Shown here in pieces: positions 45,790 through 55,375 of a stretch of DNA of 64,000 bases (position 1 is its first letter; every line of letters starts with the position of its first letter). The position numbers were made by a program, and so were the translations under genes. The notes under the pieces were generated by a model that was given only the letters and a program-made list of their open reading frames with translations, had not been told where the DNA came from and did not search any database. Origin of the DNA: a virus (Duplodnaviria > Caudoviricetes); IMG/VR virus record IMGVR_UViG_2508501111_000003, positions 1 through 64,000 of that record. One strand, written 5' to 3'.

Positions 45790-48700
45790 TTATTTGCCAT
45801 ATGGATTGGTTTTGAGCAGGATATTGGCGCTACCCAAAATATCTTTCATCTTCTTGTTCCAGACTTCTTCAACGGCGGCTTTGATGGCTGCCGGATTGGT
45901 GGCCTGTCGCGCATCGATGGTGATCTGATTGATGATCGACGGCGCAGATGGTTGATTCGTTGGCAACGCATTGGACAGCGTGCCCACCATGCCGCCTTGC
46001 GGGACGACCATCCGCGCAGCCATGCCCTTGGTTTCTTCGGCGGTGAACACCTCCGCGCCGCGTGGAATATTGCTAATACCTGGTGGCAGCAGGGCAAAGT
46101 CACCACCCCGCGTGCGCATGGCTTCGATGCCTTTCCACGGCTCGGACGCAAAGGCCAAACCGCCCGCCCAGTTTTTCACGCCGTCTGCTAAGTAGGGAAT
46201 CAGTGGAATACCACCGAAGCCCAAGGCGGAGCCAACGGTATTCGCGCCTTCAATGAGTTTGTTGACGGCGGTGATCATCAGGTTGAGTGGGGATTTAATG
46301 CCACTGAGGATGCCGCGAAAGGCTTCTACAATCCCGTTGGTAATTTCATCCCACACCGCAGCACTGGCATCCTTAATCCATTGCCATGCCACCGCAACCC
46401 CGTTTTTGAATTGCTCCAAAAAGCCATCAAGGTTGTCGAGCACACCGCCAAACATCGTGCGGAAGTAGTCGCTGATGCCATCCCACGCGGTGCTGATGCC
46501 CGTGCCAATGAGATCCCACGCCACCACCAAGAGGTTCCAGACGACCTCCAGTGCTCCCTTCACGATGTCGATGATGCCATTCCAGAGTCCAGCAAAGACA
46601 TCCTTGATTGCCGTCCATGCGCCTGACCAATCGCCCTGAATCACGGCGCTGACGGTTTTGATCACGCCTTGAATCACGCTCATGGCGGCTTCAACGATGC
46701 CCTTGATGATGCTCCATGCGCCACTGAGCAGGCCCGTGATCTGGTCTTTGTGGTCGCTGAGGAAGGTGGCGATGCCGTGGAAGAATGGAATGATCGCACC
46801 ATTGATCACATCCAGTGCGCCATCAATGACGACCTGAATGGTTTCCCACGCCATCGTCAGCACGCCTTTGATTTCTTCGCCGTGCTGCTCGAGGAAGGTT
46901 CGGATTGCGCCGAGTGCCGTTTGAATCACCGTGCCAACCGCGCCCAGCACCGTGCTGACAATGCCCTCAATCCGGCCCCACGCATTGCGGAGGAACGTCA
47001 CGATCTGCTCGCCGTTCTCGCGGAACCAGCTGGTGATGATGCCCCACGCGGTTTGTACCATGGACTGAATCGATGTAAAGACCTCGGTCGTGATGGTGCG
47101 AATAGTGGCGAAATTGGTTTGCCACGCCAATCCCAGCGCTGCGGCTCCAGCTACCAGCAAGCCCATCGGTGAAACGAGTGCGGCTACCGCTCCCGCCAAA
47201 CCGGAGAACAGGGACACCAGTCCCATACCCGTGAAGAGTGCCGCAATGCCCATGAATGCGCCTTTAACCGATTCAATAAACGGGGCGGCTTGGCTGAAGG
47301 CGTTGCGAATCCGGTCGATCAAGGACGGTACAGGCGCAGTGGCAGTCGCCATTTCGACTTGGCGATCCTTCAAATCAGCATAGCGATCGGCGGCTGCCTC
47401 GGCTCCGGTGGCTGCATCCTGCATGGATTGATTGGTTTCGTCCGCCCCATCCTTGACCTTGGTGAATGGTGGAACGAGCGCACCCACGCCTTTGGCTGCT
47501 CCCTTGGCGGCTCCGCCTACACCCTTCATCTTCTCGGCTGACGCTTCCAGCTCTTTTTGTTGCTGGGCTTCGAGCTGCAAAATCTGGGTTTTGATGCGCC
47601 AGTATTCGGATTGATCGGCGTTGGTATTGGCCAATTCACCTTGTAGGATTGCTAGTTTGCCAGCGGTGTCAGCGGTGGCATACTGATAATCCCGCTCGGC
47701 TTTGGCCGCTTCGTCCTGTTTGCGTTTGACTTCCTCCAGCTCGCGCTGGCGTTGTTTCTCGGCTTTGTTAATCTCCTGCTGAATGTCGTTGTATTCGGCG
47801 CTGCCCTCGGCATATTGACCCTGTTCTTGGCGCAAGCGAGCTAACTGATCCTCAGTGGACATGAGGCTTAACTCATAGTCGCGTTGCTCCTTGGCCAGTT
47901 TATTGAGTTCCGCCTGACGTTTCTGCTCTTCCTGATTAATCTGCCCTTGCAGTCGCCAATACTCGGCATCGGTCGTAGCATAGGCGGCTTGCTTGTCCTT
48001 GAGCATCTGCAAGCGATCGACAGTTCCGGCAATACTGAATGTGTATTCCCACTGCGCACGGGCCGCCGCTTCAGCGTTCTTGGCGGCATCGTCCATCGGG
48101 GATTTGCCACCGCCACCTCCGCCACCACTCGCTTTGGGCTTTTTGGTTTCTTGCTCGGCAGCTTTAGCCTGCTCCTCGCGAATCTTTTGGCGCAGCTTCA
48201 GCGCGGCCAATTCGAGCTTGGCCTGTTCGCGGTCGCTGTCTTTACCACCCGTGCTGTTGATCAGCGCCAAGAGCTGCTGTTCTTGGGCTGCTTCCTTGAC
48301 CCGCTGCTGCGCATCTTCAATGGATTTCAGTTCGGTTTCGAGATAGGCCAGCAAGCCATCGGTGGGCAGCCGCGCATCATTCCAGCCATCCATCCAGACT
48401 TGGGCGGTATCGCGACCCCATGTGTCGATGTTGGGTAATAACTTTGGTGGGGAGTGCGGTTCAAGCCAGTAGGTGATAAGGTCGCCAATGTATCCCAAGC
48501 TATCGACGACCGCACCAGCACCACCCATAATCCCGTTGGCTAACTGGGTGGCAATGTTGCTGCCCCATTGCACGGCGCTTGATGCGAGGTCAATGAACAG
48601 ACCAAAGGCTTCGCTCGCGGTGCTGGCAAAGTCAAGGAAATACGGGCCAACCATCTGAACCGCTGCGCCAATCCGCTCAAACGCTCCCACGACCACGGCG

Positions 48701-49833
48701 CTGATGCGGGGCATGGCTTCGGCCAACCAATCGGCAAAGGCTTGCACGGTGGGGGCTAACGCATTGCCAATATTCGTTTGCAGCACGGCAAACTGGGCAC
48801 GAATCCCGTCAAAGGCTCGCGCTAACCCCTGATCCATTTGGGTGTAGGCGGCCTCGGTGGCTCCGGCGCTGTTCTGCATCGCATCGAGCGCCCCCGTAAA
48901 CATCTCGGTGCCACGGCCTGTCAGGGTCAGTGCTGCACTACCCGCTTCAACACTACTAAATAAGTCATTGATGCCCACGCCGCTGGCATTGGCGTGCTGC
49001 TCCAGCAGTTGCAGCGCTTGTTGAACATTGCCACCACTTTCAATAAAGCTCTTGAACGACGTGCCCGATAACTGTTGGAAGAGGTCAGAAACCTCGCCAC
49101 CGGATTGCGATAACTCCACAAACAACTGGCGCAACATCGTGGTGGTTTGGGCCGTGGGCACACCTTGGGAAGTCATGGCGGCGATGGCTGCCGACACGTC
49201 GCTGAAGGATACGCCCAAGCTGGCGGCAATCGGGTTGACGTTGTAGAGCGTGCTCGCCAGTTCGGCAAAGGTGGTTTTGCCATAGGCCACGGCGGTGAAC
49301 ATCTGATCACTCGCGTCCTGCACGCTCAGCACGTCCGCGCCGTAGGCATTGACCACGCTGGTCAAACCGTCCACGGTGGTTTGGGTATCCGTTACGCCGC
49401 CGATAGCCGCTTTCTGTGCGGTTTCAAGGAAGGAAAATACATTGTCTTTGGGCACGCCGGACGAGAGGGCTTCATAGAGCGCGGGGATCACCTTTTCAGG
49501 CAGCGCTCCAAACTCCACCGCAAAGTCTTTGACCTGCTCACCCATCTGCTGCATGGCCTGTTGGGAGATACCAGGCAAGAGAGTGAACACGCTGTTCATC
49601 TGCTCTTGGAAGCCCGCAAACGCGTTGACCCCCGTGACCGCCAGTCCTGCCAAGGCTGCGCCTGCGGCAGCCACCGCGCCTGCAATGGCGGTGGTCAGTG
49701 CGGTACTCAGACTTTCGGCTAAGGATTGCGCGAAGCCTTTGGCTTTGGTTTCGGCGTTGCTGATCGAACGATCAAGCTCGGCATCATCCGCGCCGATTTT
49801 AATAATGGCTCGCCCTAATTCTTCATCGGCCAT
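45790..49833 (-). CDS. Tail tape measure protein (TP901-like core)
   Basis: Longest gene; MADEELGRAIIKIG start, AYGKTTFAEL, Ala-rich helical and W/F repeats. Confidence 0.92.
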   Translation of the reverse strand: MADEELGRAIIKIGADDAELDRSISNAETKAKGFAQSLAESLSTALTTAIAGAVAAAGAALAGLAVTGVNAFAGFQEQMNSVFTLLPGISQQAMQQMGEQVKDFAVEFGALPEKVIPALYEALSSGVPKDNVFSFLETAQKAAIGGVTDTQTTVDGLTSVVNAYGADVLSVQDASDQMFTAVAYGKTTFAELASTLYNVNPIAASLGVSFSDVSAAIAAMTSQGVPTAQTTTMLRQLFVELSQSGGEVSDLFQQLSGTSFKSFIESGGNVQQALQLLEQHANASGVGINDLFSSVEAGSAALTLTGRGTEMFTGALDAMQNSAGATEAAYTQMDQGLARAFDGIRAQFAVLQTNIGNALAPTVQAFADWLAEAMPRISAVVVGAFERIGAAVQMVGPYFLDFASTASEAFGLFIDLASSAVQWGSNIATQLANGIMGGAGAVVDSLGYIGDLITYWLEPHSPPKLLPNIDTWGRDTAQVWMDGWNDARLPTDGLLAYLETELKSIEDAQQRVKEAAQEQQLLALINSTGGKDSDREQAKLELAALKLRQKIREEQAKAAEQETKKPKASGGGGGGGKSPMDDAAKNAEAAARAQWEYTFSIAGTVDRLQMLKDKQAAYATTDAEYWRLQGQINQEEQKRQAELNKLAKEQRDYELSLMSTEDQLARLRQEQGQYAEGSAEYNDIQQEINKAEKQRQRELEEVKRKQDEAAKAERDYQYATADTAGKLAILQGELANTNADQSEYWRIKTQILQLEAQQQKELEASAEKMKGVGGAAKGAAKGVGALVPPFTKVKDGADETNQSMQDAATGAEAAADRYADLKDRQVEMATATAPVPSLIDRIRNAFSQAAPFIESVKGAFMGIAALFTGMGLVSLFSGLAGAVAALVSPMGLLVAGAAALGLAWQTNFATIRTITTEVFTSIQSMVQTAWGIITSWFRENGEQIVTFLRNAWGRIEGIVSTVLGAVGTVIQTALGAIRTFLEQHGEEIKGVLTMAWETIQVVIDGALDVINGAIIPFFHGIATFLSDHKDQITGLLSGAWSIIKGIVEAAMSVIQGVIKTVSAVIQGDWSGAWTAIKDVFAGLWNGIIDIVKGALEVVWNLLVVAWDLIGTGISTAWDGISDYFRTMFGGVLDNLDGFLEQFKNGVAVAWQWIKDASAAVWDEITNGIVEAFRGILSGIKSPLNLMITAVNKLIEGANTVGSALGFGGIPLIPYLADGVKNWAGGLAFASEPWKGIEAMRTRGGDFALLPPGISNIPRGAEVFTAEETKGMAARMVVPQGGMVGTLSNALPTNQPSAPSIINQITIDARQATNPAAIKAAVEEVWNKKMKDILGSANILLKTNPYGK

Positions 49834-49979
49834 GGCCGCCACCTCTGCTGATGGAATAGAACGCCCACGCGCCCATCCCACGATTGCGATTGTCGAATCG
49901 TGAAAAGCGGGCGCGTGGGCAATCCATCGCGGCGGCTTTGTTTCCTATGAAGCGGCGCAGCGGCGCGGGTTACATAGGA

Positions 49980-50102
49980 CTAGTCTTTTGTTTTGGGTTG
50001 CGCTTTGCGACGACCAGGCTTGATTTTGTAGGTGTCGATCGCTTTGGCAATGGCTATCAACGCGCGATGGATGGCGATCCACATCGTGGTATCTGCATCC
50101 AT
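49980..50102 (-). CDS. 40-aa basic small ORF between chaperone and tape measure
   Basis: GGAG SD; MDADTTMWIAIHRALIAIAKAIDTYKIKPGRRKAQPKTKD. Confidence 0.45.
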   Translation of the reverse strand: MDADTTMWIAIHRALIAIAKAIDTYKIKPGRRKAQPKTKD

Positions 50103-50118
50103 AGGGGTCTCCAATGAG

Positions 50119-50490
50119 TTATGGCCGGACCGATCGGGCTTTCATATTGGCGATAAGCTGGGATGCGCTGACGTAGGTCACCTCGGATCGGGTGCTGGCT
50201 GGTTGGGTAGTTGAGCCTTGCTTTTGCTTTCGCTTGCTTTTACCCTTTCCCTTGGTATCATCGCCAAACAACATCGTACCCACCTTAGTGGCAATCAGCA
50301 TGGCCTGCTGCTCGCGTTCGTTGTGCATGCGGCGCAGGTAGGATGGCAGCAGCTCCAGCACGGTTTCTTCATACAGCTCGTGGGGTGGAATGCTATACAC
50401 GGCATACATCACTTCTACCACATCATCAGTATGGCTGGCTTCCGTTAGCCAATGCTTGAAAAACCCGCTGCCAAGACTTGTAACTTTTTT
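50119..50490 (-). CDS. Tail assembly chaperone -1 frameshift extension (gpT-like)
   Basis: Overlaps gpG-like ORF in the -1 frame; slippery A AAA AAG (50490-50484) and G GGT TTT (50466-50460). Confidence 0.75.
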   Translation of the reverse strand, partial: KKVTSLGSGFFKHWLTEASHTDDVVEVMYAVYSIPPHELYEETVLELLPSYLRRMHNEREQQAMLIATKVGTMLFGDDTKGKGKSKRKQKQGSTTQPASTRSEVTYVSASQLIANMKARSVRP

Positions 50491-50846
50491 ATCGGGACAG
50501 CCGCATTGGCAATGCACAGGAAGGCATCAATGATTTCGTCATCAAGAATTTCTTGATCAAGCTCGTGTGAAAGCGTGCCACTGGCATAGGCAATAATGAG
50601 CTTGAATGCTTCTTCGAGCAGGCCATCAATGGACTCAAGCATGGCAACAATATAGGCCGTCAAGGCTTCGCCAGATTGCGTGCCAGCTTCATTGGTTGCG
50701 GGCGGTTTACTCATCTGATCGACTTGTGGCATCACCTTTTTGGCGACATCAATCAACTTCTTTTTGAAGTCTTGATTTTGACGAAACGGCAGCTTACGAA
50801 TTTCTTTGACCTCGCCGCCGATGGTCAGGGAAAGCATGACAGCCAT
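50445..50846 (-). CDS. Tail assembly chaperone (gpG-like)
   Basis: Between major tail and tape measure genes. Confidence 0.75.
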   Translation of the reverse strand: MAVMLSLTIGGEVKEIRKLPFRQNQDFKKKLIDVAKKVMPQVDQMSKPPATNEAGTQSGEALTAYIVAMLESIDGLLEEAFKLIIAYASGTLSHELDQEILDDEIIDAFLCIANAAVPIKKLQVLAAGFSSIG

Positions 50847-50903
50847 GGGTGTGTATCCTTTGCAAATGTTAATCAAACCAAACCTTCTCGCGCTCTCAAC
50901 CCC

Positions 50904-51500
50904 TTAGGACGCGGCCTCAACCACGCGGACTAATTGAAATAACCGCTCGCCCTTGGTGCGCGATAAGTCTTCCAAGGCGGACAGCTTCAGCGGGAGACCC
51001 GTCCAATCTTCTTTGCTAAATTCCAACTCGCCGCCTTCTTCCGCTGTGGCTTTCCAAATAAAGCCGCGCACCGGAAAGACATTGCCCTCCTCGTCCTCTT
51101 GTTCGGCTTCAAAGCCCCACATGCGGATGGGTAACTGGGCCGCGCCACCAATTTTGAAGGTTTCTTTGCCGACTTGGCCCACGCCCGAGGCCACCACGGT
51201 ATTGGTTCCACCCCATGTACTGGGCAATCCGGCGAAATCGAGCTGGGCCATGGTCGTTTCGGCGGTTAATTCTTCGCTGACCTTTTTGCGCTTGACTGCG
51301 CCCAAGGCTTCTTGGATTTCGGGTGCTTTGGTTTCGTAGCTATAGGCCACCACCAGTGGGGCACTGGTCAAGCCGTACTGTACCCAACCTACGGGCCACG
51401 CGGCCCCAACGGCCAGGCTATCAGCAGGCAGGGTTGTGCCCACAGGCGCATAGAACAACGTGGCATTACTCATCGTTACAGCAGCAACATCGGTTGGCAT
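50904..51500 (-). CDS. Major tail protein
   Basis: Position, size 198 aa, GW..YGLT and ELEF.K...TGLPLKL beta pattern. Confidence 0.8.
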   Translation of the reverse strand: MPTDVAAVTMSNATLFYAPVGTTLPADSLAVGAAWPVGWVQYGLTSAPLVVAYSYETKAPEIQEALGAVKRKKVSEELTAETTMAQLDFAGLPSTWGGTNTVVASGVGQVGKETFKIGGAAQLPIRMWGFEAEQEDEEGNVFPVRGFIWKATAEEGGELEFSKEDWTGLPLKLSALEDLSRTKGERLFQLVRVVEAAS

Positions 51501-51542
51501 TCCAACCTCCTTTGTAGTGAAATCGGTCGAAATCGATTTGAT

Positions 51543-51929
51543 CTAATAATTCTTGATATGGGCCGTCCAGCCCGACAAGGCGAACAGCCACAAGGTTGTT
51601 TGGGTGCGGAGCAGGCGCGGCATGGCGCTGCTATCGGGTCGTAGCCGCGTCACGCCATTGCCGCGATCCATCCACGCATCACAGCAGGTGCGCCACAGGT
51701 CGATGCACACCCCTTCGTCCGTGCCATACAGCTGCACATACAGTGATGGACTGAGGATTGTGCGGGTGTAATCAAAGCCACCACCGCGAATCACACACAG
51801 AATCGCGGGGCCAGTATCCGGCGTATAGCCCTGCGGCAAATCCGGCCCCACCCACACCCGATTGCTTACCAGTGCGGTCACGGCAGGTGTGCTCATGGCG
51901 GTGATGATGGCAGCAATCAGGTCAACCAT
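51543..51929 (-). CDS. Tail terminator-like protein
   Basis: Position before major tail; VSNRVW motif. Confidence 0.6.
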   Translation of the reverse strand: MVDLIAAIITAMSTPAVTALVSNRVWVGPDLPQGYTPDTGPAILCVIRGGGFDYTRTILSPSLYVQLYGTDEGVCIDLWRTCCDAWMDRGNGVTRLRPDSSAMPRLLRTQTTLWLFALSGWTAHIKNY

Positions 51930-52354
51930 TACAAGCCTCGCTTGCGGCGCACGACCTGCACGATGCTGCCAAAATCGGCCTTGACCTGATCGAGCGCGGG
52001 AAACAAAAAGGGTGCTCGCAGTTCGATGTAGATCGCATAGGTGGCTGCGCAGCCGACCGCGCTGGTGTTGTCGCCCATGGCAGGCAATCCAGCGGATGTA
52101 CGCTGCACCACATCGCCGTGCTTATCTGGCAGATCGGTCGTGGCCGCATCGACCCCTTGCCCATCGACCAATACGGCATGGATGCTATTCAAGGCAAAGC
52201 CGGTATCAATGCTGTTATTGGCCACCATATTTTGTTTGGCATGCCCTTCACCTGCCAGCGCCGCCTCGTTCAGCAGGTCGCGGGTTGCGCCATCAATGCG
52301 CACGCGAAAGCGCTTGGCAAAGGATTGGTACTGGGCTACGCCTTTCTTCGCCAT
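51929..52354 (-). CDS. HK97 gp10-like neck protein
   Basis: IDTGFALNSI, YAIYIE...PFLFPAL. Confidence 0.75.
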   Translation of the reverse strand: MAKKGVAQYQSFAKRFRVRIDGATRDLLNEAALAGEGHAKQNMVANNSIDTGFALNSIHAVLVDGQGVDAATTDLPDKHGDVVQRTSAGLPAMGDNTSAVGCAATYAIYIELRAPFLFPALDQVKADFGSIVQVVRRKRGL

Positions 52355-52357
52355 GAC

Positions 52358-52768
52358 TTAGACCTCCTCGCGGGTGACGGTGGCCAGCTCCACTACGATG
52401 GCCGTGCCAACGGTAGATGGATCGCCCACTATGTCGAATGCCAATGGACTGGTCAGTGCCTGCCCATTGCGGTGGGTGATGCGCACGCGCCATGACGCAC
52501 GAATCACGGTTCCAGTAGGCAGGCGCAGGGTTGGCTTGGTGATCACGACCGCCGTGCTGTCTAAAACTTCCTCGCTGGCAACGCCGTTGGCCGTGCTGGG
52601 ATTGAACCCACAGACCGCCGACCCTGCATCGGTATAGGTGATCACGGGTTTGTTGTTGCGGCCTGCGCTAGTCTGTGGCTCCATGAGCACACAGTGGTCG
52701 CGCATCGCGTCCGTGTGCGTGGCCTGCATCACCGTGAATTCGTTGGGTCGCATCGGCAACATCGGCAT
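52358..52768 (-). CDS. Head closure/head-tail adaptor
   Basis: Position; LRLP.GT.IRASWRVRI pattern. Confidence 0.6.
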   Translation of the reverse strand: MPMLPMRPNEFTVMQATHTDAMRDHCVLMEPQTSAGRNNKPVITYTDAGSAVCGFNPSTANGVASEEVLDSTAVVITKPTLRLPTGTVIRASWRVRITHRNGQALTSPLAFDIVGDPSTVGTAIVVELATVTREEV

Positions 52769-52771
52769 CTC

Positions 52772-53164
52772 CTACCAGCGACTAAAGGTGTCGAGCGTAC
52801 CACTCATGGGCGCTTCTTCGATCACCACGGGTTGATTGGTCACAAACTCGGCTTCGAGCTGCTTAACCATGCGCACCGCATGGTCGTGCATATCCTTGCG
52901 GTTGAATGTGCCGCCATCGGCTTCGAAGTTGATCGCGGTCACGGTCGCATTGGCCACGCTGCGCCACACTTCAATGATGGCCACGGTTTCCAGGAGCGGA
53001 TCATTGGTTGACGCTTCCGTGGTGGCGAGATTGAGTCGTCGTAAGGTTCTTCGTAAGGCGGCGTTGTAGCCTGCGTTACTCACATCCGTCCAGCCAAGGA
53101 CGGTCGCGGTTTCCAGCAGTTCTTCCAGCATCACTGCTTTGATCGTGGCATCGGTGTGTGCCAT
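52772..53164 (-). CDS. Head-tail connector
   Basis: Position; helical N-terminus. Confidence 0.55.
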   Translation of the reverse strand: MAHTDATIKAVMLEELLETATVLGWTDVSNAGYNAALRRTLRRLNLATTEASTNDPLLETVAIIEVWRSVANATVTAINFEADGGTFNRKDMHDHAVRMVKQLEAEFVTNQPVVIEEAPMSGTLDTFSRW

Positions 53165-53166
53165 GC

Positions 53167-53556
53167 TTAGGCCGCCTTGTACTCACGCAATTTCTTGATC
53201 GTCGCTTCGCCAATGCCATCGATGGCGCTCAACGTGGCATCATCGGCGGCCATGGCATCGCCATAGGTGGTATACCCCGCTGCGGCCAAGGTCGCTGCTG
53301 CCTTGCTTCCCACAATCGACTCTAGCGTTGGCTCGGCGGGTGGTTCGCCATTGGGCGTGCCTGCGTCGCCATCGTTGGATGGGGTGGGTGGTTGGACTGG
53401 CTCGGCGGCCACAGGCTCAATCGGCTGTGCGTCGGTGGTCGCTCCACGGGCAATCAACACATTGGCAATCGATTCGTCGAGCGCGTGAACACCCGGTAGA
53501 TAGGTGGTTCCTAAATACATCCATGAATCGGTTAATGTGACTTGCACTTTTGGCAT
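53167..53556 (-). CDS. Capsid-adjacent protein with C-terminal helix-hairpin-helix
   Basis: LSAIDGIGEATIKKL; start 53556 after AAGGAG. Confidence 0.65.
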   Translation of the reverse strand: MPKVQVTLTDSWMYLGTTYLPGVHALDESIANVLIARGATTDAQPIEPVAAEPVQPPTPSNDGDAGTPNGEPPAEPTLESIVGSKAAATLAAAGYTTYGDAMAADDATLSAIDGIGEATIKKLREYKAA

Positions 53557-53606
53557 GAAAACACTCCTTTGAATCAATTGAATGATTGCAACCTTCTCCT
53601 TACCCC

Positions 53607-54695
53607 CTAGATGTTCTTCAACACGCCAATCGCTTCTGGCTCGGTAATGACGGGGAAGCTGGTCTGCCATGCTTCGCCTTCAATGCGCGGTGGCTTGTTC
53701 GACTTGAACTCGGTATGAATCACGCGGCCCGATTCGCTTTGGCCTGCGGCTCGCCCAACGGCGGTATAGCCCAAGGTATCGGTAATCAACGATTGTTCGG
53801 CATCAGGCACATCCAACTCTTCGTTGCGGCCTGTGAGGGCCACCATCACGAAGGCTTGGGCGTGCAGAAAGCGGGTATCGCCCGTTTGGGTGCGATAACG
53901 CAAGTCATAGCGCTCAATCGGGGGTAAGCCATCCATTTGCAAGGCCATATTGACCCCCATCAGGCTGGCACGACCCGCCATAAGTTCTAAAGACCCACCG
54001 TTGTTGGTCACAAAGTGACTGGTGCGCGATGCAACCTTGGCATTCCGCGCCATTTTGGTCAGCACAGGCGTGCCCGTAATGATCCGGCCCACGGTGTAGC
54101 CTTTGCTTTGCAGCAAATCAGCCATGGCGTAAATATCTTCAAAGGGGTCGTAGGCATCGTCAGCCCAATCGCCCGCCACGTTGACGCGGTGGCCTGCGGG
54201 ATTGGTCAAGGCTACGGGTTTCCGAAAGGCGTTATCGCCTTCAATGATCACGCTGGCATCGACAATGGCTTGCCAGCGCCATGCTTCGTTGGTTTCGATC
54301 AAGGACAAATTGAGCGTAGTTTCGGCCCAGCTCGTGAGCGCAGCAATGGCTTCCATCGAGGCATTGCGTTCAAGGTGTCGCAACAGGATATCGTAGTCGC
54401 GGCCACTCAGCTCGCGGGCAATATCACTGTTGGCCAACTTGACATCGAACGTCCCGATCAGGTCGCCACCCTTCTTTTGGGCGGGGCCGTAACGCGTTCC
54501 CCCATTGGCCACCACGGTGCGGTAGCGAATGGAATCCTCGGTATATTGGTTTTCTTCGACCATGCGCTCGGGCAGTAACTCCGCGCCAAGGTAGCGCCGT
54601 TGTGGTCGCCCGAACTGAGCTAAGACATTGCGAGCAAGCCGGATCAGGGTTCCGTCCGCTCGCGCCTGATTGATTAAACTGGCAATATCAGCCAT
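53607..54695 (-). CDS. Major capsid protein (lambda gpE-like)
   Basis: 362 aa after decoration and scaffold genes; W.D...DP..DI motif. Confidence 0.8.
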   Translation of the reverse strand: MADIASLINQARADGTLIRLARNVLAQFGRPQRRYLGAELLPERMVEENQYTEDSIRYRTVVANGGTRYGPAQKKGGDLIGTFDVKLANSDIARELSGRDYDILLRHLERNASMEAIAALTSWAETTLNLSLIETNEAWRWQAIVDASVIIEGDNAFRKPVALTNPAGHRVNVAGDWADDAYDPFEDIYAMADLLQSKGYTVGRIITGTPVLTKMARNAKVASRTSHFVTNNGGSLELMAGRASLMGVNMALQMDGLPPIERYDLRYRTQTGDTRFLHAQAFVMVALTGRNEELDVPDAEQSLITDTLGYTAVGRAAGQSESGRVIHTEFKSNKPPRIEGEAWQTSFPVITEPEAIGVLKNI

Positions 54696-54752
54696 ACCAA
54701 CAAACTCCTAAACAGATTGATGATTGAATGAATAACGATGCCTTCGCCCTGC

Positions 54753-55373
54753 TTAGGCTCTGCCGACCGTGCATTGATAGTGGCTGCGCACAAAGGCCTT
54801 GAGCGTGCTACTCAACCCTGCCCAGCCAGGTACAAAGGTTTCTTTCACGATGCTGTTGTAGCGATACAAATCGGCATCGTTGTTTCTGCTGGCATCGCTG
54901 ATATCGAACGCCAGCAAATAGATCTCTTCATCAGCATCAGCAGCCGGACCAAAGGCTGTGCCGGCATCGCGCTCGGCCCAGGTGCGACCAATCAGCGTGC
55001 CCGAGACGATGGTGACGGGCTTGGTACCACTGCCCTTGTAGGTCGCTTTATCGCCACTCGTGAGGGCCACGGGCAACGCTTCAACGGCAATACTGGTTGC
55101 GCCAGCAGCAGCGGCAGCGGTCGAATAGGCATACTTGCCAGCGGCAAAGCGCAGCAACGTATTTGCCGGAATAGGATTCACCAAGGCGGTGACGGCGATA
55201 CTGGTCGCACTGACCAACGCATTGGCCGACAAGGTGACAATTGCGCCATCGGTTGCCAAGAACTGGCTTGCATCAACCGTGGCTCCGCCGGGCATTAAGT
55301 GCTCGCGGTCTAAGAAATCGCCTGCCCAAATTGGGCTGGTAAGTTGATTAACGGTACCGATTACTCCAGCCAT
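54753..55373 (-). CDS. Head decoration protein
   Basis: PGGATVD...IVSGTLIG; internal ATSIAV.AL duplication; precedes capsid. Confidence 0.65.
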   Translation of the reverse strand: MAGVIGTVNQLTSPIWAGDFLDREHLMPGGATVDASQFLATDGAIVTLSANALVSATSIAVTALVNPIPANTLLRFAAGKYAYSTAAAAAGATSIAVEALPVALTSGDKATYKGSGTKPVTIVSGTLIGRTWAERDAGTAFGPAADADEEIYLLAFDISDASRNNDADLYRYNSIVKETFVPGWAGLSSTLKAFVRSHYQCTVGRA

Positions 55374-55375
55374 GA

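Noticed and set aside
14698-46083. Inverted repeats as an assembly artefact
   Set aside because: The arms differ at roughly one base in ten with a synonymous bias and carry indels; a misassembly would give near-identical copies.
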